Notes: generated by a model not told the origin, from the sequence alone. Counted from the whole stretch's first letter, positions 52,621-62,792 are shown. The stretch is DNA of 62,792 nucleotides, filler included, from 6 parts of 6 records of this genome joined end to end with filler, not necessarily neighbours in it; one strand, 5' to 3'. Program-made: numbers and translations.

Positions 52621-53545
52621 CGGCGCTGTCGTCCGGCACATAGCGCTGAGCCGCCTCGGCCCAGCCGAAGCGGACCGTATCGCCGATCACCGGATCGAAG
52701 CTGGCCGACGCCCGGGTCGTGACCTCGCAGCCTTGGGCGTCGAGGATCACCCGCAGGTCGGAACCGGCAAACACGGTCTCGACCACGCGCCCCTCGAAGG
52801 CACCCTCGTGCAGGCGGATGTCCTCCGGACGGATGACCAGCGCTCCGGCGGTATTGTCGGCCAGCCCCGCTTGTCCGTGCGGGACCGGCCCGAGCGCCGT
52901 CTGCAGGCACTCGCCCGCGACCCTGCCCTTGAGGATCGTCGCGCCGATCTCGCGGTGGATGCGCTTGATCTCGATCTGCGTGATCTCGGCGGCGCTCTGC
53001 CCACGCATTTTCAGCGGGAACGAGACGTTCTCGGCCACGCTCATATGCGCGAACAGCGCGTAGTTCTGGAACACCACGCCAAGCCCGCGCTTGTTCACTG
53101 GGGCGAAGATCTGGTCGGTGCCGTCGATGTTGTAGAGACCGCCGTTCCAGACCAGCTCGACCGGCGCGCCGGCGGAGATCGCAGTCTGGGCACGGGTCGA
53201 CCAGGCCGAGGTCAGGTCGACCTCTCCGTTCTGCATCACCTGGGTGTTCTGCGCGCCCGAGGTTCACCACAGATCGATTTGCTCCTTGAGCTTCTCCAGG
53301 CTGGCGAAGGCGCGATCGACATCCAGCGGATACAGATCCTTCAGTGCGACGCCATCGGCCAGCAGCGCCATTTCCATGGTCGTCACCGGGCTGCGCCATA
53401 GGCCGCGTCGACCCTTGAAGGTCTCGACATCCCAGAAATCCGACCAGCTTTTGGGACCGTTCTCATCGAAGGTGTCGGCACGATAGGCCATTGCCAGCGC
53501 ATAGATCGCAACACCGATGAAGTCATCGGGTTCCCCTAATCGAGC
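52613..53545 (-). pseudogene. Fused remnant of PotD-like substrate-binding protein and PotA-like ABC ATPase
   Basis: SBP fragment (PKSWSDFWD...LLADGV..LYPLDVDRAF...W*TSGAQ...NGEVD) joined in frame to ATPase pieces (VFQNYALF.HMSV.ENV; QIEIKRIHRE; TOBE IRPED); no Walker A/B, signature or H-loop. Confidence 0.85.
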
Positions 53546-54725
53546 CGGACGTTTTCGAAGGAGGTTCCGAAGCTGGCCCGCAGAAAACCTGCACGGCCCG
53601 ATGAAGCATCGCATTGCAGGCTTCGAGCTGTACCGCTTCGATGTATTCGTCGGGCTGGTGGCCCTGCGCCATATCTCCCGGGCCGCAGACGACAACCGGC
53701 ACGCCAAGCGCCTGCGAGAACAGCCCTCCTTCGGTTCCGAAGCTCAGCCAGCAGGGCGCGGTGCCCTCCGGAAGGCAGCCTGCGAGGCGGCGCAGCGCCG
53801 GCGTGTCGGGGTCGACGGCAAGGCCCGGATAGGCGAGCGTTTCGTCGAGGGTGATCCCGGCGCCGTCGAAGCGCGCGGCGGCGGCCTGCGAGATATCGGC
53901 GACGGTCTGGCGGATGCGGGCGTCCAGCCCGACGCTGTCCTCGCTGGCGGGAAAACGGGCCTCGAAGCTCAGCCGCGCCGTGGAGGGCACGATATTGACG
54001 GCGGTACCGCCGCTCAGCACGCCCGAATGGACGGTGGCGTAGGGCACGGAATAGCCGTCTTCACGCGCGCCGGTTTCGGCCAGTTCGTCCTGCAGAGCCC
54101 GCAGCGCCATGACGATATCGGTTGCAAGATGCAGCGCGTTCAGCGCCAGCGGGGCCTCGGCCGAATGGCGGGCCACGCCGTGACAATCAGCGCGATAACC
54201 GATCTTGCCCTTGTGACCAAGGCCGATCCGAAGGCTGGTCGGCTCTCCCACCAGCACGAGATCGGGTCGGATGCCTCGCGCCTCGATCGCAGCGAGCATA
54301 TCGCCGACACCGGCACAGCCGACCTCTTCGTCATACGACAACGCGATCCAAAGCGGTTTCGCCAGCGTCGCCGGATCCAGAACCTCGGCCAGCGCCAGCA
54401 CACAGGCGACGAATCCCTTCATGTCGGTGGCGCCGCGGCCGTACAGACGGTCGCCTTCACGGGTCAGTTCGAAGGGAGGATGTGTCCACGACTGCCCCGC
54501 CACGGGCACGACATCGACATGGGCGGAGAGCATCAGCCCATCCTTGCCTTCAGGGCCCAGCCGCGCGAGCAATGCGGCCTTCCGACCAGTGGGGTCGGGG
54601 AAGGTTTCACAAACCGCCCCCTGTGCCTCAAGGGCCGAGCCAACCTCGTCCATCAGTCCCAGATTGCTGTCGGAACTGACGGTGGGATGCGCAATCAGGC
54701 GCGCCAGCCATTCGAGATGGCTCAC
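53523..54725 (-). CDS. argE: Acetylornithine deacetylase-like M20 amidohydrolase
   Basis: LSAHVDVVP, GRGATDMKGF, YDEEVGC, GEPT, GHKG, GTEGG, GHQPDE; GTG start overlaps the upstream TGA. Confidence 0.85.
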   Translation of the reverse strand: MSHLEWLARLIAHPTVSSDSNLGLMDEVGSALEAQGAVCETFPDPTGRKAALLARLGPEGKDGLMLSAHVDVVPVAGQSWTHPPFELTREGDRLYGRGATDMKGFVACVLALAEVLDPATLAKPLWIALSYDEEVGCAGVGDMLAAIEARGIRPDLVLVGEPTSLRIGLGHKGKIGYRADCHGVARHSAEAPLALNALHLATDIVMALRALQDELAETGAREDGYSVPYATVHSGVLSGGTAVNIVPSTARLSFEARFPASEDSVGLDARIRQTVADISQAAAARFDGAGITLDETLAYPGLAVDPDTPALRRLAGCLPEGTAPCWLSFGTEGGLFSQALGVPVVVCGPGDMAQGHQPDEYIEAVQLEACNAMLHRAVQVFCGPASEPPSKTSGSIRGTR

Positions 54726-56161
54726 AGCGCCGCCTCGGCCCGGTCCACCGCCGCGTTGATCCGGGCGATCAACTCTACGGTCTGTTCTTCGGGGATCGAT
54801 ATCCGCAGGCGGCGCTTCAGCGTCGTGAATATCCCGAAAAACGAGTTGGTGCAGTGATCCAGAGCCCGGATGGCATCCTCGGCGCTGATCCGGCATCGCT
54901 GCGCGAGGTAATCGCCTATGACGCCGCGCGCGTGCGGGTTGGGCAGCACATAGGCGGGCTGGGTGTCGTAGGCCACCCGACGCCATGGCAAAACCGAGGG
55001 CTTCAGCGTCAGCGCGGCTTCCAGCCGGATATCATCCGAAGCCGCGCCCACCAGCACCCTTGCCTCTTCGCCTTCCAGAACCCAGCGTCCCCGCTCCGGA
55101 TGCCAGACAGCGAGATCGCGCCCGTTGACGGTCAGGGTTACGCGACGGCATTCGCCCGGCTCCAGCGGGTCATCAACCATGGTGGGGATTGTGGTCGCGC
55201 AGCCCGATCCCTGAATGACCGGCGTTATGGCATCGCAACCGACAACCACCACGCGCCGGGCCTCCCTGGAGACCGGCAGGGCGCCTTCGTTTGTCACCAG
55301 CACCATCGACTGCGCTGCCATGTCGCGGGCGCGGGCATGCTGGGCAGCCGGACCGACAGTCTCGGACGGCAGGCTGCCGCTCTCGATTGCTGTCAGCAGT
55401 TGCGCCTTGCGGCGGGGGCTTTCGGGCATATCGAGATCGCCGCCGGCCATCAACGAGGCGGGGCGATCCTTGATGCCGTGCCAGCAGGAGACGACGAGGC
55501 TGTCCATGGTGGTGCGTTCGATCTCCGCGTTGTTGCAGGCGAAGTGCTTCAGCGACGTGCCGACGCCCTGGCTCTGGACGCCCGCGATCACGGCGGCGGA
55601 AAGCTTGCCGGTCAGCAGGGGATCTTCCGAATAATATTCGTAGCTGCGCCCGGCCAGCGGCGTGCGGCGGATGTTGATACCCGGTCCAAGCAGGATGTGC
55701 ACGCCCATGGCGCGGCACTCACGGCCCAGCAATTCGCCCAGTTCCCGCATCAGACCGGTGTCCCAGCTGTTGCCGAGGGCGGACCCGTTTGGAAAACAGG
55801 TCGCCGGCTTCATCTCGCCCCAGGCCACGGCGATGTCAGAGGCGCGCTGCGCAACCACGTTGAGGAAGGCGTCGAGATCCTCGCCGCCCTTCTCGTCACC
55901 GTCGATCTGCGGGATCGAGTATCGCACCCCATATGTGCCGTCGGTCATGGTGATGCTGGGGATACCGAAGCGGTCGAGCGCGGCCGTCTTCCACATGCCG
56001 AAACCGGACAGAAGGTCCGTCTTCTCCCGCGGCGTCATCTGCATGACGATGGTTTCGCGCGCAAGCCGATCCGGATCAGCATTGGTTATGGTGGTCGTCT
56101 TGGTCAAATCGGGCTCCGAGGGAAATCCGGCCTCAAGGGGCTGGCGGAAAAGAACATTCAC
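54722..56161 (-). pseudogene. GH3 beta-glucosidase remnant with in-frame internal deletions
   Basis: TDGTYGVR, GPGINIRRTPLAGRSYEYYSEDP, KHFACN present; YNR and REW segments absent; SDW nucleophile reads SCW; most of domain 2 absent; start uncertain. Confidence 0.82.
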
Positions 56162-56245
56162 GGCATGTTTTTTTCAGATGCCCGCGGAAAGCGGAAATAC
56201 AATGTTGCGATCCGCTGATTAGGTTAAGACGAAGCCAGAACGACC

Positions 56246-57199
56246 TTAACTTCGGCTAACCCGTTTCGTTGCCATGAACGGCGGCTCCATCCCGGGGATG
56301 TAGCTGTTTGAGATCATCCCGGAGCAATGGTCCATGAAGGCGCTGACAAGGCGCGTCGGCTCGTGACTGGCGATCCTCAGCAGGCCAAGGCGCATGGGCA
56401 TTTGTTCACCGGCAATGCGCAGCTTGTGCACGGGGCTGCCATCCAGCGCATTAGAGGATCGGGGCCGGATATTGGCGATGGTATAGCCCATGCGGTTGGC
56501 CACCATGGAGCGGATGACGTCCTGCTGATGCAGCCGGCCGGCGATTCTGGGCGCCAGCCCGGCCTGGGCGAACAGACCCATGAAGTAGTCGCGCGACAGT
56601 GGCAGATCGAGCAGTATAAGCCCCCGTTCGGCCAGTTCTTCCAGCATCACCGCGCTTTGCCCGGCCAGAGGATCGGTCAGGGCCACCATGGCATAGGGCG
56701 GCAGCTCCGCCAGCGGCGTGAATTCGAACGCATCGGGCACCTGCAGGTCATAGGTGAGAGCGACATCGAGCTCGGCCCGTTCGATCTTGCGCAGCAGCAC
56801 CTCGTGATCGGCAACCTCGGGCAGAACACGGGTGTTGGGGTATTCCGCCGTAAAGCTGTGGCTCACCTGGGGCAGCACCATGGGCGCGAAGGTTACAAGG
56901 CAACCCAGCGACAAATTGCCCTGCACCGTGCCCATGGCCTCCGACACCGTCAGGTAGAGGCGCTGGGCATTGTCCAGAAGCTTCTTCGCCTCGACCAGCA
57001 TCTCGCGCCCGACAGGGGTCAGCGACAATCCTTGTGCATGCCGCCTCAGGAAAAGCTGTGCGCCCAGTTCCGCCTCGAGCTGTGAAATGGCCGTGGAAAT
57101 CGATGGCTGGGAAATATTGATGCGCTCGGAGGCAAGCGTGATCGATCCGCATTCCGCGGTTGCGATGAAATATTCGATCTGTCGAAGGCTGAAGCGCAT
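56246..57199 (-). CDS. LysR family transcriptional regulator
   Basis: MRFSLRQIEYF...SITLASERINISQPSISTAISQLE...LF.R HTH. Confidence 0.95.
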   Translation of the reverse strand: MRFSLRQIEYFIATAECGSITLASERINISQPSISTAISQLEAELGAQLFLRRHAQGLSLTPVGREMLVEAKKLLDNAQRLYLTVSEAMGTVQGNLSLGCLVTFAPMVLPQVSHSFTAEYPNTRVLPEVADHEVLLRKIERAELDVALTYDLQVPDAFEFTPLAELPPYAMVALTDPLAGQSAVMLEELAERGLILLDLPLSRDYFMGLFAQAGLAPRIAGRLHQQDVIRSMVANRMGYTIANIRPRSSNALDGSPVHKLRIAGEQMPMRLGLLRIASHEPTRLVSAFMDHCSGMISNSYIPGMEPPFMATKRVSRS

Positions 57200-57504
57200 C
57201 GTTTTTCCAGGGGAACGGGCCAAAGCCGTCACATCAATTTCGCATCGAGAGGACGCGGCATTGTAATGTGCGATTCAGCAATATGTAAATCCTCGACCAT
57301 CCGGCGCTGCAGGGCCACTTCATGCGCAACGCCCTGCCCGGCCCCACAGGATCGTGACCCAGCCGCCGGCGCAACGCAAGAGTGCGCCCGACGACAGAGC
57401 CTATAATTTAGGCATAAAAAATAATGCATAAAAATTGACAGAATCATAAGAATTCTCTACTTGGAAAAAAGTTTTCCGTTTCGAGATAATGAAGGACCTC
57501 CCGC

Positions 57505-57627
57505 ATGCCGCTTTCCAAGTCTCTCTTCCGGGCAAGCGCGGTTGCCGCGCTGATCGCCCTTCCCGCCCTTTCGGCCCATGCCGAGGAAACCTTCGTCGTT
57601 TCCAACTGGGGCTATTCCAACGATTTC
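57505..57627 (+). CDS. ABC substrate-binding protein N-terminus (truncated)
   Basis: MPLSKSLFRASAVAALIALPALSAHA-EETFVVSNWGY; GAAGGA RBS; divergent from lysR. Confidence 0.75.
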
Positions 57628-57964
57628 NNNNNNNNNNNNNNNNNNNNNNNNNNNNNNNNNNNNNNNNNNNNTTAATTAATTAANNNNNNNNNNNNNNNNN
57701 NNNNNNNNNNNNNNNNNNNNNNNNNNNCCCCCCCCCCCCCCCCCCCTCCCCCGCGGCGGCCAACCCATGATGCGGTCCGCCACGGGCGCCGAACCGTGGC
57801 GAGATCCGCGGCACAGCCAGCCGCCGGCGGCAGGCTCGGTTTGGCGTCGTTCAACAGCCATTACTCAATCTGCCGCGGTACCCGGATGGCTGTTGTTAAA
57901 GGCAAGAATAGACACTGTCTAACAACACACAAAGTGCCCTATTTTGGCACGCACATAGCTCGCT

Positions 57965-59619
57965 ATGGAGGAAAGAGACAGCTCAGAAAGAGGTATGATC
58001 CACAGCATGTGTCGTCAAGGGTGTGAAGGGCTGACGCTGTCCTCCTAACTTAGGAGCAGCTTCTATTGAGGTGTCGGAAGGGTCAAGTGGTGAGCCCGAG
58101 CACGAGGAGAGGGCTTTGGAATTACTAGTTAGGAAGGTGGCTGTTTTAAAGAAAGCTCTATTGCAGGAGCGCGCGGCCAAGCACTCAGCCGAGGATAAGA
58201 ACCTTCAACTTCAGAGGGAAAATGACGATAAAACACAGCAGTTACGACAAAAGGAAGAGGCATGTATATCTCTGTTCAAAGAGAACGAGGAGCTGCAGGA
58301 GAGACTTAGAGGTGTTAGCACTCCACTAGAGGTGGTGAGTGGCTCTTTGCTTCCTCGTGTAGAGCGATATTGACGCGCGTCTTGGTCAGGGTGGTAGCCG
58401 GCATTCTGCTGATGGTAGGCTTGGTAGGCCGGGGACTATGCCGGGATTTCTTGGAACAGTGGGTCTTGCAGCTCAACAGTCTGGAAACAACCGAGCGGCA
58501 ACAGAGATTCGCCGTTTAGCAAACTCCCTGCGATTGGCTGAGAACGAATTGAAGCAGCTTGGAGAGGAGCTTTCCTCAAAGGATAAGGAGCTTACTGAGT
58601 TGCGGCACAGTTACAAGGAGTCGTTGTCCGCTGTACAGGGGAGGATGTACGGATTCGAAGAGGATATTGACTACCGGGATGATAAGATCCACCAGCTGAC
58701 TGAAGAGAGACGGAAGATAAGTGAAATGAACATGACCCTTATGAATGAACAGCAGTATGTTGATGTTTACTGGAGCGAATTCTTTTTGACCCACTAACAC
58801 GTTACCTTATAGAAACCTGCAAAAAGAAATAGCCTACTGGAAGAAGAGGTATCGCCAAAGGGACGAGGTGTACAATGAGCTGAAGGAGTCAACGGGTCAA
58901 AAGGAAGAGGAGTACCTTCTGCTGCGCAAGCAGCTTGCCGAGCAAAAGGAAGTTACTGAGAAGGTATACTCCCAAAATTTATTCCTATTCGTGTTCTACA
59001 GGCTGACTCAATAGCATAGATGGCGGCAAAGTTGCTGGAGTACAAGGACAAACTTTCTGCCTTCCACCTCGAGTTGTCTAAGTGGAGTGTCCGAAAGATC
59101 CGTAGCCTATTGCCAGCCGAAAATGGTCAAGTAAGTAGTGGAGATCGTAGTGGTCAAGTGATAGTTTATGCTCACACGTATTATTACTCTCAGATTCATG
59201 TATACAAGAACCCGCAAACAGGAGTTCTCAATGTAGATGTCATCATTGGTGACACACGCGCGACGCACAACATCACGGAGGTTGCTAATGTATGGGGAGC
59301 GCCATGGACGAGTTGCTACCGTGCTTGCTAATGTCGCAACTAGGTTCAGATGGTAGATGTGGAAGACTATCATAATCGTTTTGCCATTGTGTATGCTAGT
59401 CAGGTGAGAAAACCCGCAATGACAACACTTTGGTGTCACGCTAACACTGTTTCTCAGGATGAGCATAGAGAAGTGTTTGAGTGTGATAGGGCTGAGGATT
59501 GTGTGGCCACGCTTCGTGAGTATATGAAGGCATACAGTGACCATATCGTTGCCCCGTCACAAAAAGATCGTGTCATGCACGAGCTGTCGATATTCTTTGG
59601 AAGGAGCGGAGCAAAGTAG
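57965..59619 (+). CDS. Eukaryotic 8-exon gene, ~417-aa coiled-coil protein
   Basis: Exons 57965-57992, 58054-58334, 58390-58754, 58813-58963, 59020-59130, 59194-59289, 59344-59403, 59458-59619; seven GT-AG introns of 54-63 nt restore one reading frame. Confidence 0.8.
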
Positions 59620-60059
59620 AGGTATTGAAGTTGTTGCATCGATGCGAACTTGTTAGTCGCGGCAAGGCCCGAACGTGTAGTCGCTCTGGGGTAGCTACAA
59701 AGTGTTGTGAGAAAGATCAAAACGGCATCGATCTGGCATATGTTCAGAAGATCTTGTGGCAGTCACCACCGTAAGTAGGTTTCCAAACAAGACAACGTCA
59801 TGAGCATATATGGGATGACAAAGGGCATCTTCATAAATGGTTTTTCGATTGTCATCGTTGTCAGATGCATATGTTATGAACACAAGCATGGTAGTATTGG
59901 AGTGACGTAGGCATATTGTAGCACTCTCAGCTTGCTCCCCAGTTATGGCGGACTGTGGCCGGCTCTGATGTCGGTGGCTGCGTTGGTGTCTTTGCTCTCA
60001 CATCAGGCCCATGATTGCTGGGGGAAAGTGCGACGCACTCTGCTCACGCGGCTAGGACG

Positions 60060-60640
60060 ATGCCACCGGACTGCTGGTGAGTCATCAGTTATCGTGACAT
60101 CGGCTCATCACCTCGGACCTGACTCACGGCGGCGCAGCGACCCCGGCAACGCGACGCCGCCCACCGCACCCCGGCCGGTCCGGGTCCGAATCACCATTCA
60201 CCCGGCACTCAGCGCCCTTGGTTCAGCCGAGGTGTCCCGGCAGGCCGCGCCGGGTGACGATGCGGAACAGTCGGATGGGATTTCTTTTTCCCGAGTTCCG
60301 AGGCCCCGGCCCGGGCCTCCTCGCTCGGGCTGTGGCCCGCGCGCCCTGCTGATGATTCACCCGGCAGCTGAGCCGGGGCACCGCCGGTCGCGGTCGTGAG
60401 TCTGCCGGCGGGGCTGGGCGAGTGCCGGGCGGTCCGGTCACCGGCACTGTGACTCACCCGTCACGGTGCCCGCCGTTCACGTTCCCGGTTCCCACGGCGA
60501 AATGATTATCGCTCCGGTCGGCTCCTGGCCGCCAGCCGGGCAGCCGCGGCCCGGGTCAGCCGAGCGACCGGGCCCAGTCAGCTTGGCTACGTTTTTCTTT
60601 TTCCCGAGTTCCGAGGGTTCCGGCGCCAGACCCCCAGAAA
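60060..60640. repeat. GC-rich intergenic low-complexity/repeat region
   Basis: Exact 23-bp repeat TTTCTTTTTCCCGAGTTCCGAGG (60281-60303, 60594-60616); ATTCACCCGGCA twice; many CCGG and TGASTCA motifs. Confidence 0.65.
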
Positions 60641-60840
60641 GGCACTGCTGGCCGTATCTGTTGCAACGGTTGCTGAAAGGCAAAGACCGAACGGTGGTTA
60701 AGGCCAGTTTTGTTGCGCCGGACAACACTGTGCATTGAGTCGGGTGACTGTACTTGGCTTCACCCTCTCGGTGTCGTCGTCTATGCACCTACAATATTAA
60801 TACTCCTCGTTCACTTGCCTGATAGTTCCCAAAACCATCC

Positions 60841-62702
60841 ATGGCGTCGTTTGATGAGAGGGTTCGTGCTGTAATTTCGAAGAAAGAGGAGTGGGCCAAT
60901 ACTCCTGCTTCCAAGAGAGTGAAGATTTTGCGGCGCATGCGTGACTTATTGGATGTATGAAATAGCGCGAGCAGAGCGTTTATTATCCTTTTGTGACCGT
61001 GGTATTGGCAGATTCATAGAGAAGAATGGGCAACAGTAGCAAAGAACCAGCGTGGATACGGAGGTGATGACGAGAGGCATGTGATGGGTCATATGCAAAG
61101 CGAGACCTACAACGGACCGTAAGTTTCATATCCATTCATGAACAAACACTTCATTGTACTCAGTATTGACTTCACGCAGAGCTATGACTGGCACCTTCTT
61201 AAATCTCCTCATTGAGTCGTATGAAGCTCTCGATAAGGGCATGGAAGGTGTTCCGCCCATTAGTGTCCGCTCTATAGGGGACCAGAAAGCTGCCAAGGTC
61301 TTCCCTCGCGGCGTCCTTTGGACAGCCTTTGCCAGTGGCATGGAGATGGAAGTATGGAGCACCCCCGGGAATGGAATTAGTCAGCACAATCCTTGCAAGA
61401 AACCGGCGGGAGTAAGCACGGTTCTCGGGGCTGGGAACTATGACGCTCCAAACGATATTCTGACCTCCATCTTTTGCGACAATCATGTTGTGTTGTTCAA
61501 GACGAATCCTGTAAACGAAAAGACAGGAGCCGTGGTGGAGAAGATATTCTCACCTTTGATTGATGAGAGTGAGTGTTGTTTATGATCCCTCCTTGTACAT
61601 GTCATGACGGTATTGTTTTGATCCAGACTTCCTTGCCTGCTTCCATGGTGACCATACCGTGGGGGCATCCTTGTTGTCCCTTGAAGAGATGGATCAGTGG
61701 ACCATTACTGGATCTCATCATACAGTTAATAGGATCCTGTGGGGCTCCCCTGAGGAGCAAGAGAAGAACATCAAGGCTGGAGACAAGAAGCTCAAGAAGG
61801 ACATGGTTGCGGAACTTGGAAGTGTGAATCCTTTCATCGTCGTCCCTGGCAACGCTCCCTGGACCAGGAAGCAGATTGACCATCATGCCCAGATGCTTGT
61901 CCAGGCGAAGTTGTCCAATGCCGGTCACATCTGCGCATCGCCCCAGGTTATCATTACGGATGGCAGGTGGAAGCAGCGGGAGGAGTTTGTTAAGCGCGTA
62001 CGGCATTACCTGGAGGAGCATCCCGGGGTGAAGTCATACTACCCAAACTGCAAGAGGATGTGGGAAGAGCACCGAAAGCAAGTCAGTGATGATGATGTTG
62101 TAATCGCACCTGAATTGGAACCGGGTCAGCCTGATAAGCTTGACCGCATCTTTAAGTCCGGCTTGAAACTGGAGGATGGCAATGCTTATGCTCTGAAGAA
62201 CGAGGCCTTCTGTTCTGTGCTCACTGAGTGGCCCATGACGATGGCAGAGGACGCCAGTGTAATTGACTTCTTTAATACCGCTGTTGATTTTGCCAATAAT
62301 CAGTGCTGGGGATCGCTTACCGCGACTATTTCTTTACCGGATGAATTCAAGCTCTCTCACTACGATGAAGTCAATGAGTGCATAAGGAAGCTCAAGGTTG
62401 GGGCAGTCGGCGTCAACATATGGGCAGCCACTGCTGCAGCTTTTGGCCAGTTGCCCTGGGGTGCATACCCCGGCCACACCCCGGAGGATGTCCAATCTGG
62501 CATTGGAAAAGTGAACAACTTCTATTTCTATGAAAACTTAGAACGTGGTGTCATCTGGGCGCCATTCGAGTATATGGCGGCGGGCAAAGTGCCAAACCCA
62601 TCGGTGGCTGCCAAGTTTGGTCCCCGATTCGCTGCATTCACTACGAAGCCTTCTGTTTTCCGCTTGTTGAAACTGGTGTCTGGCCTCATCATCGGATTGT
62701 AG
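60841..62702 (+). CDS. Eukaryotic 4-exon aldehyde dehydrogenase family gene (~561 aa)
   Basis: Exons 60841-60954, 61012-61118, 61180-61568, 61627-62702 with 57-61-nt GT-AG introns; VLGAGN, KTNPVN, ITGS, AELGSVNP (Glu), NAGHICASPQ (Cys), EAFC. Confidence 0.88.
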
Positions 62703-62792
62703 AAAATATGAAATTGGGAAAAATATTGTTTAATAAACTAAATGAAGTTCAGAGTCTCCGTAGAGGAAGGAATGTCGCCCTTGGACAGACCA

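Noticed and set aside
53264-53266. In-frame TGA as selenocysteine or recoding
   Set aside because: Position corresponds to Trp in a WW motif within an already fragmented gene; a simple TGG->TGA nonsense change is more likely
50697-53399. 900-aa minus-strand ORF
   Set aside because: GC-rich shadow frame running into the linker; only its middle part is the frameshifted nucleoside hydrolase
57402-57414. LysR T-N11-A site
   Set aside because: Motif too degenerate to support without comparative data
57728-57751. Poly-C tract
   Set aside because: At the contig edge; likely low-quality sequence or the cause of the assembly break

Overview
This window is not one locus. It is six contigs joined by identical 100-nt linkers (N44-TTAATTAATTAA-N44), and they come from at least three organisms. 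(1) 1-25730 and (2) 25831-35983 are an AT-rich marine Flavobacteriaceae: nqrABCD, T9SS plug, pruA, an Omp28/TlpA/DUF6029 cysteine-pair cluster, rsmG, desaturase, aminotransferase, GEVED T9SS cargo, purT, trkAH; then dnaA end, mltG, dapF, HtrA and a long-form GAPDH. (3) 36084-42172, (4) 42273-50652 and (5) 50753-57627 are GC-rich Alphaproteobacteria (Rhizobiales-like): GH13 phosphorylase, MBL hydrolase, moeB, slyX, recF, dnaJ, dnaK; a frameshifted ~1890-aa autotransporter and metY; RidA/DUF1028/argE/LysR with a heavily deleted operon. (6) 57728-62792 is a eukaryote with 54-63-nt GT-AG introns (Perkinsus-like by impression), carrying a coiled-coil gene and an aldehyde dehydrogenase. The most notable observation is a ~1.6-kb integrase-less cassette at the gap 3' end, bounded by a decayed duplicate of that 3' end. 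It carries an unknown 162-aa helical protein, a terminator, an 11 x 21-bp phased non-coding repeat array and an XRE-like HTH gene. Also notable are a putative outer-membrane thiol-redox relay and an operon shortened by mostly in-frame deletions. All family calls are from motif recognition by eye; no database search was run.
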